Assembly (NCBI RefSeq): GCF_001997385.1
Contig: NZ_CP019633.1
Span: 2,730,001 to 2,762,000 of the forward strand
Reading direction: 5' to 3'
DNA length: 32,000 nt
Source of the DNA: Sedimentisphaera cyanobacteriorum
GTDB taxonomy: Bacteria; Planctomycetota; Phycisphaerae; Sedimentisphaerales; Sedimentisphaeraceae
Made by a program: the position numbers and the translations under genes
Shown: in pieces, positions 14,947-24,304 of the stretch
How the letters are laid out: each line of letters starts with the position of its first letter
Position numbering within the stretch: position 1 is the stretch's first letter
Notes under the pieces: generated by a model
The model's database searches: none
Told to the model about the DNA's origin: nothing
What the model saw: only the letters and a program-made list of their open reading frames with translations

Positions 14947-16035
14947 ATGAATTCCAGAGAAAATCTTCTCAGCCTTTATCGGCGAAAAGGATTCCAGAAA
15001 GCTCCAGCAGGGTTTAGCCTGTGTCCGAGCAAGATTGAAGAGTTTCGCAAGCGATACCCGGAAGAAAAAAGTTATCAGGATTTTTTTGAATTTCCTTACA
15101 GAATCGTTGTTGACCCGGGCTTCGGGTGGGCATTTGAAAATAACGGTCTCCTGCCGGAAAGGAATGTTGACTGGAATAAATTTTATCCTGAGGGTTTCAG
15201 TCATCGCGTTGATTTTGACATCTGGGGAGTTGCCCATGAGGAAAACCCGAATTCAATGCATATGACTGAGATGCATCATCCAATGAAAGATTTTGATTCT
15301 GTTGAGCAGATTGAAAATTATCCTTGGCCGGATTTCACGGGTGTTGATTTTGGTCAGTTTTCGGATTCTTGCAGAAATATAAGAAGCAGGGGGCTTGCTG
15401 TCTTTGTATGGATGGAGTGCACGATTTGGGAAACAGCCTGGTACATAAGGGGAATGGATAATCTGATGGTCGATATGACATTGGGCGATCCTAAAGCCTC
15501 TAAGCTGCTCGATATTATCACTGAAAAGGCGTGCTGGAGAGCAGAGAAATTTGCGGCCATGGAAACAGATATCTTAGGTCTCGGCGATGATATCGGGATG
15601 CAGAATACAACTATTATGTCTTCACAGATGTATCGTGAATGGCTTCAGCCGCGGCTGAAGAAGGTGATTGATGCAGCAAAATCGGTAAATCCTGAAATCC
15701 TGATAAGTTATCATTCCTGCGGGGATGCTGCCGGCCTTGTTCCTGAGCTCATTGAAGCCGGTATAGATATCCTGAACCCTGTGCAGCCTGAATCGATGGA
15801 TTTTGAAAAGGTTCACAGAGATTTCGGCGATAAAATTTCGTTCAATGGAACAATAGGAACCCAGCAGCTTATGCCCTTTGGTTCGCCGAAGCAGATAAAA
15901 GATCAGGTAAAACACAATTTGGATATAGCAGGCGAAAAGGGCGGGCTTTTCTGCTGCCCATCGCATGTTATCGAGCCGGAGGTGCCTTGGGAGAATATTG
16001 AAGCCTATGTTGAGGGTTGCAGGGAATACAAATAG
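14947..16035 (+). CDS. URO-D-fold protein of the MtaA/MT2-like (zinc, corrinoid-dependent methyltransferase-like) type, not HemE
   Basis: AAGGAG lies upstream of ATG 14947. URO-D-family C-terminal half: ISYHSCGDAAGLVPELIEAGIDILNPVQPE ... FNGTIGTQ ... GGLFCCPSHVIEPEVPWENIEAYVE. H256-x-C258 (nt 15712-15720) plus C336/C337 (nt 15952-15957) fit the H-x-C-x(n)-C zinc motif of MT2 enzymes. Confidence 0.75.
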   Translation: MNSRENLLSLYRRKGFQKAPAGFSLCPSKIEEFRKRYPEEKSYQDFFEFPYRIVVDPGFGWAFENNGLLPERNVDWNKFYPEGFSHRVDFDIWGVAHEENPNSMHMTEMHHPMKDFDSVEQIENYPWPDFTGVDFGQFSDSCRNIRSRGLAVFVWMECTIWETAWYIRGMDNLMVDMTLGDPKASKLLDIITEKACWRAEKFAAMETDILGLGDDIGMQNTTIMSSQMYREWLQPRLKKVIDAAKSVNPEILISYHSCGDAAGLVPELIEAGIDILNPVQPESMDFEKVHRDFGDKISFNGTIGTQQLMPFGSPKQIKDQVKHNLDIAGEKGGLFCCPSHVIEPEVPWENIEAYVEGCREYK

Positions 16036-16058
16036 AAATTTATTTAGGATTACTCAAA

Positions 16059-18986
16059 ATGAAAATCAGGGAAATTGTTTTTTTAATCTTTTCAGCTCTC
16101 TTACTCAGTGGATGTATGACAGGCAAGCAGAACCAGAAGTTTACAGTGACGGGCGTAGAGAAGCCTGTAATATCGCTAAACGGCGTATGGAAATTCTCCA
16201 TAGACCCTCCCGAAAAATTCTGGCAGAAAGAACTGGACAGCTCCGAATGGTCTGATATTAATGTTCCGGGCGAGTGCCAGATGCAGGGGTTTCCGATAAA
16301 AGCAGACATTCCCTTTGCATACAGGACAAGATTTGACGTCCCCGAGGATTATGCAGGCAGGAAGATAATGCTGAATTTTCACGGGGTTTACAGTTATGCC
16401 CGCGTTTGGGTGAATGGTGAGTTTGTACGCGAGCATTTCGGCGGGTTCACCAAATGGAGCTGTGATATTACCGAATTCGCAGAGCCCGGCGAAACAGCCC
16501 AGCTTGCAGTAGAAGTGGTTGACAGAAGCGATGATATCTCCGGAGCAAGCGATTATGCAAAGCATAATATCGGCGGGATCCTCAGGGATGTTGAGCTTTC
16601 TGCTCTTCCCGTTCAGCATTTTGAAAAACTGCACATAGATACAGAGCTGGACGAAGAATATCAAAACGCTCAGCTCAATATAGACTACAGCCTTTCTTCC
16701 TCGAAGCCCTCAGATATTTTATTCAGACTCTTTGATGCCCAAGGCAGAATGATTAAAAAGGCAGAAATCCCTCAGGCAGAAAAGCAGGGCAGCGTAAGTA
16801 TGGATATCGAATCGCCAGAGAAATGGAACAGCGAACATCCATACCTCTACACCCTCTCGGCAGAGATTTCAAAGGACGGTAAGGTTCTTTGCAGCGTTCC
16901 AGAGAAGGTGGGCTTCAGGGAAGTGAAAGTTAGAGGCGAGAAGCTTTATGTAAATGGCGTAGAGGTAAGGCTTAGAGGTGCCAATCGGCACGATATACAC
17001 CCAAAGCTTGGCAGATGCGCAACTGCAAAATACGATAAGCTCGATGCTCAGCTCACAAAGCAGGCTAATATGAATTACATCAGAACATCCCATTATCCCC
17101 CAACAGAGAGATTTCTCGACTACTGCGACCGTTACGGGATTTATGTGGAGGATGAATCGGCCGTTTGCTTCCAGTACGAGGGCATCTCGTCGAATAAGGA
17201 TAAGTTTACAGACCGCTATCTTTCGCAGGTCAGAGAAATGGTAAACAATCATCGAAACCATCCGAGCGTTATAATTTGGTCTGTGGGCAATGAAAGCAGC
17301 TACGGAAAGAATTTCCAGAAATCCTACGACTGGATCAAGGCCAACGATAAAACAAGGCCGGTGATGTTCAGCTTCCCGAATACTGTACCGAAAAATAAGA
17401 AGGTGTACGATATCCTAAGCCTGCATTATCCAAAGTGGCATGGCAATGATAAGGTGCATGGTTTTCAAATCAAAAATTTCGACCGCAGCGGGATGCCGGT
17501 GATATACGATGAATGGGCTCATGTACCCTGCTACTGCACCGACAGCATCAAAGAAGAGCCGAACATAAGGGCGTTCTGGGAGAGAAGCCTTGATAAGATG
17601 TATGCCAATCTGCTCAAATCAAAAAGCGGGGCAGGCGGAGCGATTTGGGGAATGATAGACGAAACTTTCTTCCTGCCTGAAGACCTTCCCGGCAGGGGAG
17701 ATATCTGGGATAATCAGGGTGAAAACGGCAGCACCGAAGCCCTCGGCCCCGCAATAGGCTATGGGCAGTGGGGCATTGTGGATTCGTGGAGAAGAAAGAA
17801 GCCGGAATTCTGGAGAACGAAAAAGGCATACTCGCCTGTCAAGATCCTTGATAAGCAGGTTGATCAGTTTTCCCCGGGCGAAAAGCTTAAGCTCAAAATT
17901 CATAACAGATTCAATCATACCAACCTCAGCAGGACGTCTATAGAATGGAATTATATGGGCAAATCAGGCTTGGCTTTTGCAGATATAGCCCCCGGAGCGA
18001 AAGGTCATCTCTTAATGCCCGAATTGAACTGGCAGGAGGGAACAAAGCTTTCAATCGAGTTTTTCAAAGACCGCAGACTCCTCGATAAGTACAACATCCG
18101 AATTGGAAAACAGGGCAATGAGCTGCCTCAAATCAAAAAGCAGGGCAGAATAACTCTCAAGAACAGCTCTTCGAAAACTGCAGCTGAAGGCGAAAATTTT
18201 GAGTTCGTTATAGATAAAAATGACGGCCTTATAAAAAACCTCAAACTCGGCGGGGAGCTGGTTATAAAATCCGGGCCTCATCTGCACCTTACCATATTTG
18301 AAAAGCTCGGCTGGAACAGCCCGATCAAAAACCTTGCAGCCGGGGAATGGGAGCTCAAGTCTTCGAGCAGTTCACTGAAGCAGGGCGTTCTTCACGTACA
18401 GATGAAGGGCAGTTTTGGCAAGGTCTCAGCAGAATTCAATATTCGGATTAACGGCGTAGGCACAGCAGAGATTGATTGCAAAGCATCAGGAATCCCTGGA
18501 GGCAAACACATAAAAGAGGCAGGCTTCAAGTTTATAACTGCTGCCGCTGAAAAAATCAGCTGGGAGAGAAAAGGCTATTTCACTGCATACCCTGCTAACG
18601 ATCTTTCACCTGAAAAAGGCTCGGCAGACCTTTCATACACCCCTGAGATGAAATATAGACAAAAGCCTGAACACTGCTGGATATACGATTCAGAGGATTA
18701 TTTCTATTTCGGTCTTGATAAAACCCTCCCGCTCAGCATGCTCGCACGCGGGCTCAAAGAAAATATCTTCCGCTACAGTGTCTTTTATAACAGGGGGGGA
18801 CGTTTGGATGTGCTGAGTGATGCCGAGCTGGGCTGCCGCTATGAAAGACAGGCCGGCAAAGATTCGCTTATTATAAACAGCATCTGGGACTACCCCGACT
18901 TGCAGTGGGGCAACTATGCAGAATTTATAAAAAATAAGAAAAGCTTCTCAGCAAATGCAGTGTTAGAGCTTAACAAAGACTATTAA
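16059..18986 (+). CDS. Glycoside hydrolase family 2 (LacZ-like beta-galactosidase or related) lipoprotein
   Basis: I prefer ATG 16059, giving MKIREIVFLIFSALLLSGC (lipobox LSGC), over the track's upstream start at 16017. GH2 blocks: RGANRHD, NYIRTSHYPP, the acid/base region IIWSVGNESSYG, and the nucleophile region PVIYDEWAHVPC (compare LacZ ILCEYAHAMGN). The C-terminal region resembles LacZ domain 5. It starts 23 nt after the upstream stop, so it is likely co-transcribed. Confidence 0.9.
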   Translation: MKIREIVFLIFSALLLSGCMTGKQNQKFTVTGVEKPVISLNGVWKFSIDPPEKFWQKELDSSEWSDINVPGECQMQGFPIKADIPFAYRTRFDVPEDYAGRKIMLNFHGVYSYARVWVNGEFVREHFGGFTKWSCDITEFAEPGETAQLAVEVVDRSDDISGASDYAKHNIGGILRDVELSALPVQHFEKLHIDTELDEEYQNAQLNIDYSLSSSKPSDILFRLFDAQGRMIKKAEIPQAEKQGSVSMDIESPEKWNSEHPYLYTLSAEISKDGKVLCSVPEKVGFREVKVRGEKLYVNGVEVRLRGANRHDIHPKLGRCATAKYDKLDAQLTKQANMNYIRTSHYPPTERFLDYCDRYGIYVEDESAVCFQYEGISSNKDKFTDRYLSQVREMVNNHRNHPSVIIWSVGNESSYGKNFQKSYDWIKANDKTRPVMFSFPNTVPKNKKVYDILSLHYPKWHGNDKVHGFQIKNFDRSGMPVIYDEWAHVPCYCTDSIKEEPNIRAFWERSLDKMYANLLKSKSGAGGAIWGMIDETFFLPEDLPGRGDIWDNQGENGSTEALGPAIGYGQWGIVDSWRRKKPEFWRTKKAYSPVKILDKQVDQFSPGEKLKLKIHNRFNHTNLSRTSIEWNYMGKSGLAFADIAPGAKGHLLMPELNWQEGTKLSIEFFKDRRLLDKYNIRIGKQGNELPQIKKQGRITLKNSSSKTAAEGENFEFVIDKNDGLIKNLKLGGELVIKSGPHLHLTIFEKLGWNSPIKNLAAGEWELKSSSSSLKQGVLHVQMKGSFGKVSAEFNIRINGVGTAEIDCKASGIPGGKHIKEAGFKFITAAAEKISWERKGYFTAYPANDLSPEKGSADLSYTPEMKYRQKPEHCWIYDSEDYFYFGLDKTLPLSMLARGLKENIFRYSVFYNRGGRLDVLSDAELGCRYERQAGKDSLIINSIWDYPDLQWGNYAEFIKNKKSFSANAVLELNKDY

Positions 18987-19056
18987 TCCCAAAGCTCAAA
19001 GGCTTTCAAAGAAAAATATTTTCAGCGCAGATGAAAAAGCTCGATCACTTCGATTC

Positions 19057-19524
19057 TTATGATTCTGCGCTGTCAACTTTGCTTATCACAAGCTCGAGGA
19101 GCTTATCGAGCCCGTCCCATGCCTTTTTGCTGAAGGTGAAGGTTTTAGTTTGCCCCTCGCTGGTGTATTCAACAGTGAACTTCCCGTCAGACTTAAACTT
19201 GGTGTAGTCCACCGCTTCGATCTGATCGAATGCTATCTGACGGTCTTTGTCTATTGTGATCTTTTCATCGTCCGCATAGAGGCGTTTTTTCCTGAAGAGC
19301 ATATATCCTGCTGCCGAGGCGATTGCTGCCGGCAAACCGAATATCCAGAACTGCTGATTGAAGATCAGGGTATGGTCGGGGCTGCCGTCAACTGTATGCT
19401 CATCGATGAATCCCTGATTCATATAACCATCATAGGTGAACCAGCCAGTAAGAATCAGAAATACTATTGCAGCAATTCCCCAATTGCCCACTCGATACGA
19501 ACTGTACTTTATTTCAAGAGTCAT
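19057..19524 (-). CDS. Small membrane protein (two predicted TM helices plus a soluble C-terminal domain), function unknown
   Basis: ATG at 19524. The hydrophobic segments are WGIAAIVFLILTGWFTY and FWIFGLPAAIASAAGYMLF. The C-terminal region of about 70 aa is charged and rich in beta-type residues. I recognised no family. Confidence 0.55.
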   Translation of the reverse strand: MTLEIKYSSYRVGNWGIAAIVFLILTGWFTYDGYMNQGFIDEHTVDGSPDHTLIFNQQFWIFGLPAAIASAAGYMLFRKKRLYADDEKITIDKDRQIAFDQIEAVDYTKFKSDGKFTVEYTSEGQTKTFTFSKKAWDGLDKLLELVISKVDSAES

Positions 19525-19593
19525 AGAAACCTCACGTTTAGACCGAAAACTGCGGGTAATCTTAGCAAAGCATCTGTTTTAATCAAGTTAATA

Positions 19594-21081
19594 TTAAAAC
19601 TCTTTCCACTGCGAAGCGAATTCTGCAAAATCAATAATGTTTACTATATCATCAGGCACAGGATACGGAGCGAGATCAGCCTTCTGCACATAACCGGGCT
19701 GGCCGTATTCAGTGAGCCAGTAATTGCGGAAGAAATCGAAATCCGCCATATCAACCATTCCGTCAGGATTTTCGGGGGCGAAATCAGCAGGCACGAAAGG
19801 AACGTTACGCGGGATAAAATCGATTGAAGGATCGTCTTCAAATCCTATTCCGCCTCCGTTTAATACCAAATTGAAATCGTTGAACAGATTCGTCCCGATT
19901 ATCCCGTCCAGCGTCCCCCCCTCGGGCGAGGGCACATCATGCACTACCACAGGAACGTTTGTAAATTCGAGCCAGTTGCCAAGAGCCGGAATCGTAACTT
20001 TATCTATCACAAAGCCCGGCAGCATTATTATCTCGCCGGTAACGCCGGATGCGTACAGCTCGAAATCCGGATTCATCGGGTCTAGCCCGAGCCTCGCTGC
20101 AACCCTGCTGCCGACTATTGTAGCCTGAGCTCCGGTATCGAACATAAATCTGTCTTTATCATAGGCGAGGTTGCCGCTGTGTTCCATATCAACAGCAGAA
20201 ACAAACATAAGGCTCTGAGAGCTCATACCTGTGATTACCGAAGGCGAAGTAGGGCTGAAATCTCCGCCGAGCCCGTCAAGACTCGGGGTGTAGGATATCA
20301 TCGCAGCCCCCAGCGGCCGGAGCTCAAGCGGTATGCTGTTTGGATAATCCGGTATCTCCGGGTCGTCGTAATCGAACACCTCCAGCTTAGGCCCGGAGTA
20401 GCTGAGTGAATTCTTGTCCAATGAAATCTGCGTGTCCATATTTATAGTAACACTCCAGCTTGCCGCCATCGGGCAGCCTATAACAGTAGGCAGATCGGGT
20501 TCGTCTTCAGCAGGGGGTTCGCCTGCCAGTACGGCAAAATTTGAAAGCCCAACCATATCATCCAGCGATAATTCGCCTGTTTGTTCGTCTATAGAGCCAA
20601 GACCTGCGATATAAACGCCTATGGGCTTGGAAACAAGGGTGTCCACGAATCCTGCAATACCGCCTATTGTCATGTAATTGCTTGTCATATAGTAGTAGTC
20701 GAGGCCGAGATTCATACGTTTTTCATATCCGAAAACCATTGAAGATGCTCCGGTATCAAACACGCCCACCTCATAATTCTGATTTGGATCCGAAATCAGC
20801 GGGCCTCCTCTAACATAATGTTCCTTAACCGCCTCATACTCCAGATCCTGCTTCCTTTGGTTTGTAAGCGTTATGGCAGCATAAGGCACAAACCCGATAA
20901 CCGAAGGTGAATCTATAAGGTAAGGATTATCCGGAGACTCGTTCATAGGGGAGATTGCGGATTTCTCGGAAAGCCATCGCACAGCCTTTATTTCAAGCCC
21001 GCCCGGCAGATACCCTTCGCTTGTTTTGGCCGAGCAGACGCCTGCAGCAAAAGCCAAAACAAGAAATGATAATTTCTTCAT
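19594..21081 (-). CDS. Secreted protease with two retropepsin-like aspartic protease lobes and a C-terminal double dockerin-like repeat
   Basis: GAGGAAA lies upstream of ATG 21081. Signal peptide MKKLSFLVLAFAAGVCSA. Two D-T-G-A motifs are present: VGVFDTGASSMVFG (D109, nt 20757-20749) and RFMFDTGAQATIVGSRVAARLGL (D315, nt 20139-20131). Tail reads PDGMVDMADFDFFRNYWL ... DDIVNIIDFAEFASQWKEF. Confidence 0.75.
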   Translation of the reverse strand: MKKLSFLVLAFAAGVCSAKTSEGYLPGGLEIKAVRWLSEKSAISPMNESPDNPYLIDSPSVIGFVPYAAITLTNQRKQDLEYEAVKEHYVRGGPLISDPNQNYEVGVFDTGASSMVFGYEKRMNLGLDYYYMTSNYMTIGGIAGFVDTLVSKPIGVYIAGLGSIDEQTGELSLDDMVGLSNFAVLAGEPPAEDEPDLPTVIGCPMAASWSVTINMDTQISLDKNSLSYSGPKLEVFDYDDPEIPDYPNSIPLELRPLGAAMISYTPSLDGLGGDFSPTSPSVITGMSSQSLMFVSAVDMEHSGNLAYDKDRFMFDTGAQATIVGSRVAARLGLDPMNPDFELYASGVTGEIIMLPGFVIDKVTIPALGNWLEFTNVPVVVHDVPSPEGGTLDGIIGTNLFNDFNLVLNGGGIGFEDDPSIDFIPRNVPFVPADFAPENPDGMVDMADFDFFRNYWLTEYGQPGYVQKADLAPYPVPDDIVNIIDFAEFASQWKEF

Positions 21082-21155
21082 AATTTCCTCTCGAAGTTTT
21101 TTCAGATTATAACACGCAGATGCCTTATCTGAAAATTATATTTCCCTGAAGACAC

Positions 21156-21186
21156 AAAAAAAGGGCTCCGAATCCGTCCGGAGCCC
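21156..21186 (-). terminator. Rho-independent terminator downstream of ldhA
   Basis: On the minus strand it reads GGGCTCCG gacggatt CGGAGCCC followed by TTTTTTT (the A-run at 21156-21162 on the plus strand). It lies about 55 nt after the ldhA stop. Confidence 0.8.
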
Positions 21187-21240
21187 TTGCCTTGTTACAT
21201 TGCCGTGTTTGATGCACGAAGGAGATTCATTTTCATTAAT

Positions 21241-22242
21241 TTATACGCACTTGGGGCATATCTGGTTCGGGCATTGCTCGCCTCTTTCCACCATCGCAAC
21301 GTTGCTCAGAGTGGTATCTGCGATCTGTTCGAGAGCGTTTTTCGTAAAGAATGCCTGATGCCCTGTTACCAGCACATTAGGGAACATAAGAAGCCTTGCG
21401 AAGGTGTCGTCTGTAATAATCTCATCAGAGAGGTCTTCAAAGAAAAGCTCTTCTTCCTCTTCGTAAACATCGAGCCCGAGGTATCGTATCTTTCCGCTTT
21501 TTAGCCCTTCAATTGCAGCCTTGGTATCAATCAGTGCCCCGCGGCTTGTGTTTATAAGCATAACATTATCGCACATCTTATCTATTGCATCTTTGTTGAT
21601 CATATGATGAGTCTGCTTTACAAGCGGACAGTGAAGGCTGATGATGTTGCAGGTTTGCAAAAGCTCATAAAGCGGGAGATACTTCACCCCCATCTTCTCG
21701 CATTCCTCGTTTATATACGGGTCGTATGCGTAGAGCTCGCATTCAAAGCCCTTGAGGATCTTCAGCACAATCTCGCCTATCTTCCCAGTGCCTATTATCC
21801 CTACCTTAGACTTGCTCAAGTCGAATCCCAGCAGCCCCTTGAGCTCGAAGTTGCCTTCTCGAACCCTCGTTCTCGCCCGGCATAGATTCCTGTTGAGGGC
21901 GAGAATCATAGCAATTGTGTGCTCTGCTACCGCGTTCGGGGAATACGCCGGCACGCGCACAACCTTTATATCATGCTTTTTAGCAGCGCAAAGGTCAACG
22001 TTATTGTAGCCTGCGCAGCGAAGGGCGATGGCTTTCACTCCCCCCGCAGCGAGCTTATTAATAGTCTCTTCTCCGAGCTCGTCGTTTACGAAAGCACATA
22101 CGGCCCCGCAGCCCTCTGCCAGATGGGCTGTTTCGGGGTTCAGCCGATCTTCGAAAAATTCAATCTCATGCCCGTAGCTCTCATTTAGCTTCTGCATAAA
22201 ATTCTGCGTGTAGCTTTTGTTGCTGAATAATGCTATTTTCAT
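21241..22242 (-). CDS. ldhA: D-lactate dehydrogenase (NAD-dependent D-isomer-specific 2-hydroxyacid dehydrogenase)
   Basis: It aligns by eye along its whole length with E. coli LdhA, e.g. AVCAFVND, IALRCAGYNNVD, VVRVPAYSPNAVAEH, the NAD motif VGIIGTGKIGE, SRGALID, LDVYEEE, VTGHQAFFT. Confidence 0.9.
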   Translation of the reverse strand: MKIALFSNKSYTQNFMQKLNESYGHEIEFFEDRLNPETAHLAEGCGAVCAFVNDELGEETINKLAAGGVKAIALRCAGYNNVDLCAAKKHDIKVVRVPAYSPNAVAEHTIAMILALNRNLCRARTRVREGNFELKGLLGFDLSKSKVGIIGTGKIGEIVLKILKGFECELYAYDPYINEECEKMGVKYLPLYELLQTCNIISLHCPLVKQTHHMINKDAIDKMCDNVMLINTSRGALIDTKAAIEGLKSGKIRYLGLDVYEEEEELFFEDLSDEIITDDTFARLLMFPNVLVTGHQAFFTKNALEQIADTTLSNVAMVERGEQCPNQICPKCV

Positions 22243-22321
22243 ATTTTCCCCGTTTTGACCGAATATTACACAATCCGCTACGAGACCGAGCGAATGAAGT
22301 TCTAATACTTTCTCTCTGAGA

Positions 22322-24265
22322 TTAGGGCGTAGGCTTGAGCTCCCTGCGGTCTTTATTTACTTCAATGCCCTTTTCCTTGTTTTTCTCTGTGTAAAGCTCG
22401 GAAACAGGCAGTTTTCCCAGATTTATCAGGATAGCCCGAACCTTTGTGTCATTTTTATGCTTCTCAAACAGTTCAGCCTTTTCCATCAGCTTCTGTTTGG
22501 TCTTTTCGTGCCATGTCATAGTTTCAAGCGAGGCGAATGCATAATTACTTTTATCTTCAATAAGCGAATCAACAAGTTTGTCGAGAGCCTTCTCGTATTT
22601 CCCGTAATAGCAGCAGGCCTCAGCAGCCATCATAGCCACCTGCTCATTTTCATCATCCATTGCCTTCTGCAGCTCTGTCGGGCACATCTCCGCTGAGAGC
22701 TCATTTTTCGATGCAATCTCAGCAAAGCCCACTGCCCCCCAGAATTTTACTGACGGGTACTTGCTCTTCAGCCTTTCTGAGAAGCTTGATTTGTAGTATG
22801 TTTTGGCTTCTGATGCTTGTTCTGCCGCTTTGTGCAGTTCATCGAGGGGGTAGTCTGTTTTGCGAACCCAGCTGTATAAATCAATGCTTTTGTCTCGGGT
22901 TGATTCAGGGAAGAAACCTAAATCCCCGGATTCTCTTATGTGCTCTGAAATCTTACCCCTAAGCTCTATCAGCTTCTGCTTGTGCTTGCTGTCTTCAGCA
23001 AGGTTGTTGAGCTCTTTGGGGTCTTTCTCGACATCAAAAAGCATCTCGTAAGGTCCGGGCCTGTAGGGCTGGAGCCATTCGTCGTTCTTCCCGCCTGAAA
23101 GGACGTATTCATCCCAGCCCAGATTTGCAGGCATCCCCCACTGGTAGAAGTTTCTAAGGCAGCGGGGCTTATGCGGGATATAGCTTCGGATGTATTTGTA
23201 TTTCCCGTCGGTAACGGTTCTCGCCGGGTCGTAGTGGGCAGACTGATTGCAGCGGAAGCCAAACTGATACTCCCGTGGAGGCTCTGCATATTTGCCCATA
23301 AACGCCTTGCCCTGCATATGGCTCGGTTTCCTCTCGCCTATGATGCTGAATATAGTCGGTGCGAAATCTACGAATCCTACAAGCCTGTCTGAAACCGTTC
23401 CGGGCTCGAATTCCACAAGATGCTGCCACTTCGGCGGAACGTATATTATCAGCGGAATATGAAGGCCTGTATCGTAAACAAAGCCCTTGCCGCGTGGCAG
23501 GCAGCCGCCGTGGTCGCTGTAGAAGAAGATTATCGTGTCCTCAGCGAGATCTTTCTCGCGGAGGTGCTTGAGGAATATTCCAACCCACTTGTCAATATCC
23601 TGAACGCCCTCAAGATGGAACGCATAATCAGAGCGGGTTTCTTCAATGTCCGGAACGTGTTCGGGCAGGTCGAGCTTTCTGGGCATAATCCCGTCTTTGG
23701 AAAAGTCTCGCCGTCCTTCTAGGGTGAACGAACGCACGCGCCCCATGTGAGTTGCCATTGTATTGAATATCGAGAAAAATGGCTTGCCTTTAGGCCTTTT
23801 TCCGCTGTCGTAGGAGGCCTTCTTCCAGCACTCATCCCACATCTCCCAGTGGTTCTGTTTGGTGTTGTAGTCGGTCTTTTTGTTGTTGGTGCAGTAGTAG
23901 CCGATTTCGCGAAGGTAGTTCGGATAGAAGATACCGTCCGGCGTTTTGAACCGTCTTCTGTGAAAATCCATTCCGTATTTCGTTGCGTAGCAGCCGGTAA
24001 TAAGGCTCGAGCGTGCCGGAGAGCACTGAGGCCCTGTTGACCAGGCATTAGTAAACTTTATCCCCCTCTCTGCGAGTGAATCAATATTCGGGGTTTCAAC
24101 GGTTTCGTTGCCGTAGCAGCCAAACTGGTAGTAGCTTGTGTCTTCTATTGTAAGCCATAGGAAATTCGGCATATCCTGCCCGCCTTGAGCAGAGAAAACA
24201 TTTCCAGCGAGCCCCGCAATACCCAAACCAACTGCATTCTTGAGAAAACTTCTTCGGCTTTGCAC
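22322..24265 (-). CDS. Tat-exported Cys-type (formylglycine) sulfatase with a C-terminal alpha-helical HEAT-like extension
   Basis: GTG start at 24265 with AAGGAG about 5 nt upstream. Twin-arginine signal MQSRRSFLKNAVGLGIAGLAG. Sulfatase signature CSPARSSLITG, plus FFYSDHGG. The last 190 aa or so are helical repeats (VAMMAAEACCYYGKYEKALDKLVDSLIED). Confidence 0.92.
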   Translation of the reverse strand: MQSRRSFLKNAVGLGIAGLAGNVFSAQGGQDMPNFLWLTIEDTSYYQFGCYGNETVETPNIDSLAERGIKFTNAWSTGPQCSPARSSLITGCYATKYGMDFHRRRFKTPDGIFYPNYLREIGYYCTNNKKTDYNTKQNHWEMWDECWKKASYDSGKRPKGKPFFSIFNTMATHMGRVRSFTLEGRRDFSKDGIMPRKLDLPEHVPDIEETRSDYAFHLEGVQDIDKWVGIFLKHLREKDLAEDTIIFFYSDHGGCLPRGKGFVYDTGLHIPLIIYVPPKWQHLVEFEPGTVSDRLVGFVDFAPTIFSIIGERKPSHMQGKAFMGKYAEPPREYQFGFRCNQSAHYDPARTVTDGKYKYIRSYIPHKPRCLRNFYQWGMPANLGWDEYVLSGGKNDEWLQPYRPGPYEMLFDVEKDPKELNNLAEDSKHKQKLIELRGKISEHIRESGDLGFFPESTRDKSIDLYSWVRKTDYPLDELHKAAEQASEAKTYYKSSFSERLKSKYPSVKFWGAVGFAEIASKNELSAEMCPTELQKAMDDENEQVAMMAAEACCYYGKYEKALDKLVDSLIEDKSNYAFASLETMTWHEKTKQKLMEKAELFEKHKNDTKVRAILINLGKLPVSELYTEKNKEKGIEVNKDRRELKPTP

Positions 24266-24295
24266 GATAATCTCCTTAATATTCGTTTCAATAAA

Positions 24296-24304
24296 ATATT
24301 ATCA
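24296..24304 (-). promoter_or_regulatory. Candidate extended -10 element (TGaTAATAT) for the downstream sulfatase gene
   Basis: The minus strand reads TGATAATAT about 31 nt upstream of GTG 24265, inside the duplicated and conserved leader. I saw no convincing -35 element. Confidence 0.25.

Noticed and set aside
14947-16035. Annotation as uroporphyrinogen decarboxylase HemE (haem biosynthesis)
   Set aside because: It carries the H-x-C ... C zinc-type motif and sits with a GH2 gene under a sugar regulator. No other haem biosynthesis genes are nearby. An MT2-like family member is more consistent with these facts.
19023-19072. A 9-bp inverted repeat, CAGCGCAGA ... TCTGCGCTG, between the convergent GH2 and membrane-protein genes, considered as a bidirectional terminator
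   Set aside because: The loop is 32 nt, there is no flanking T/A tract, and one arm lies inside the 19057-19524 coding sequence. It is too weak to call.
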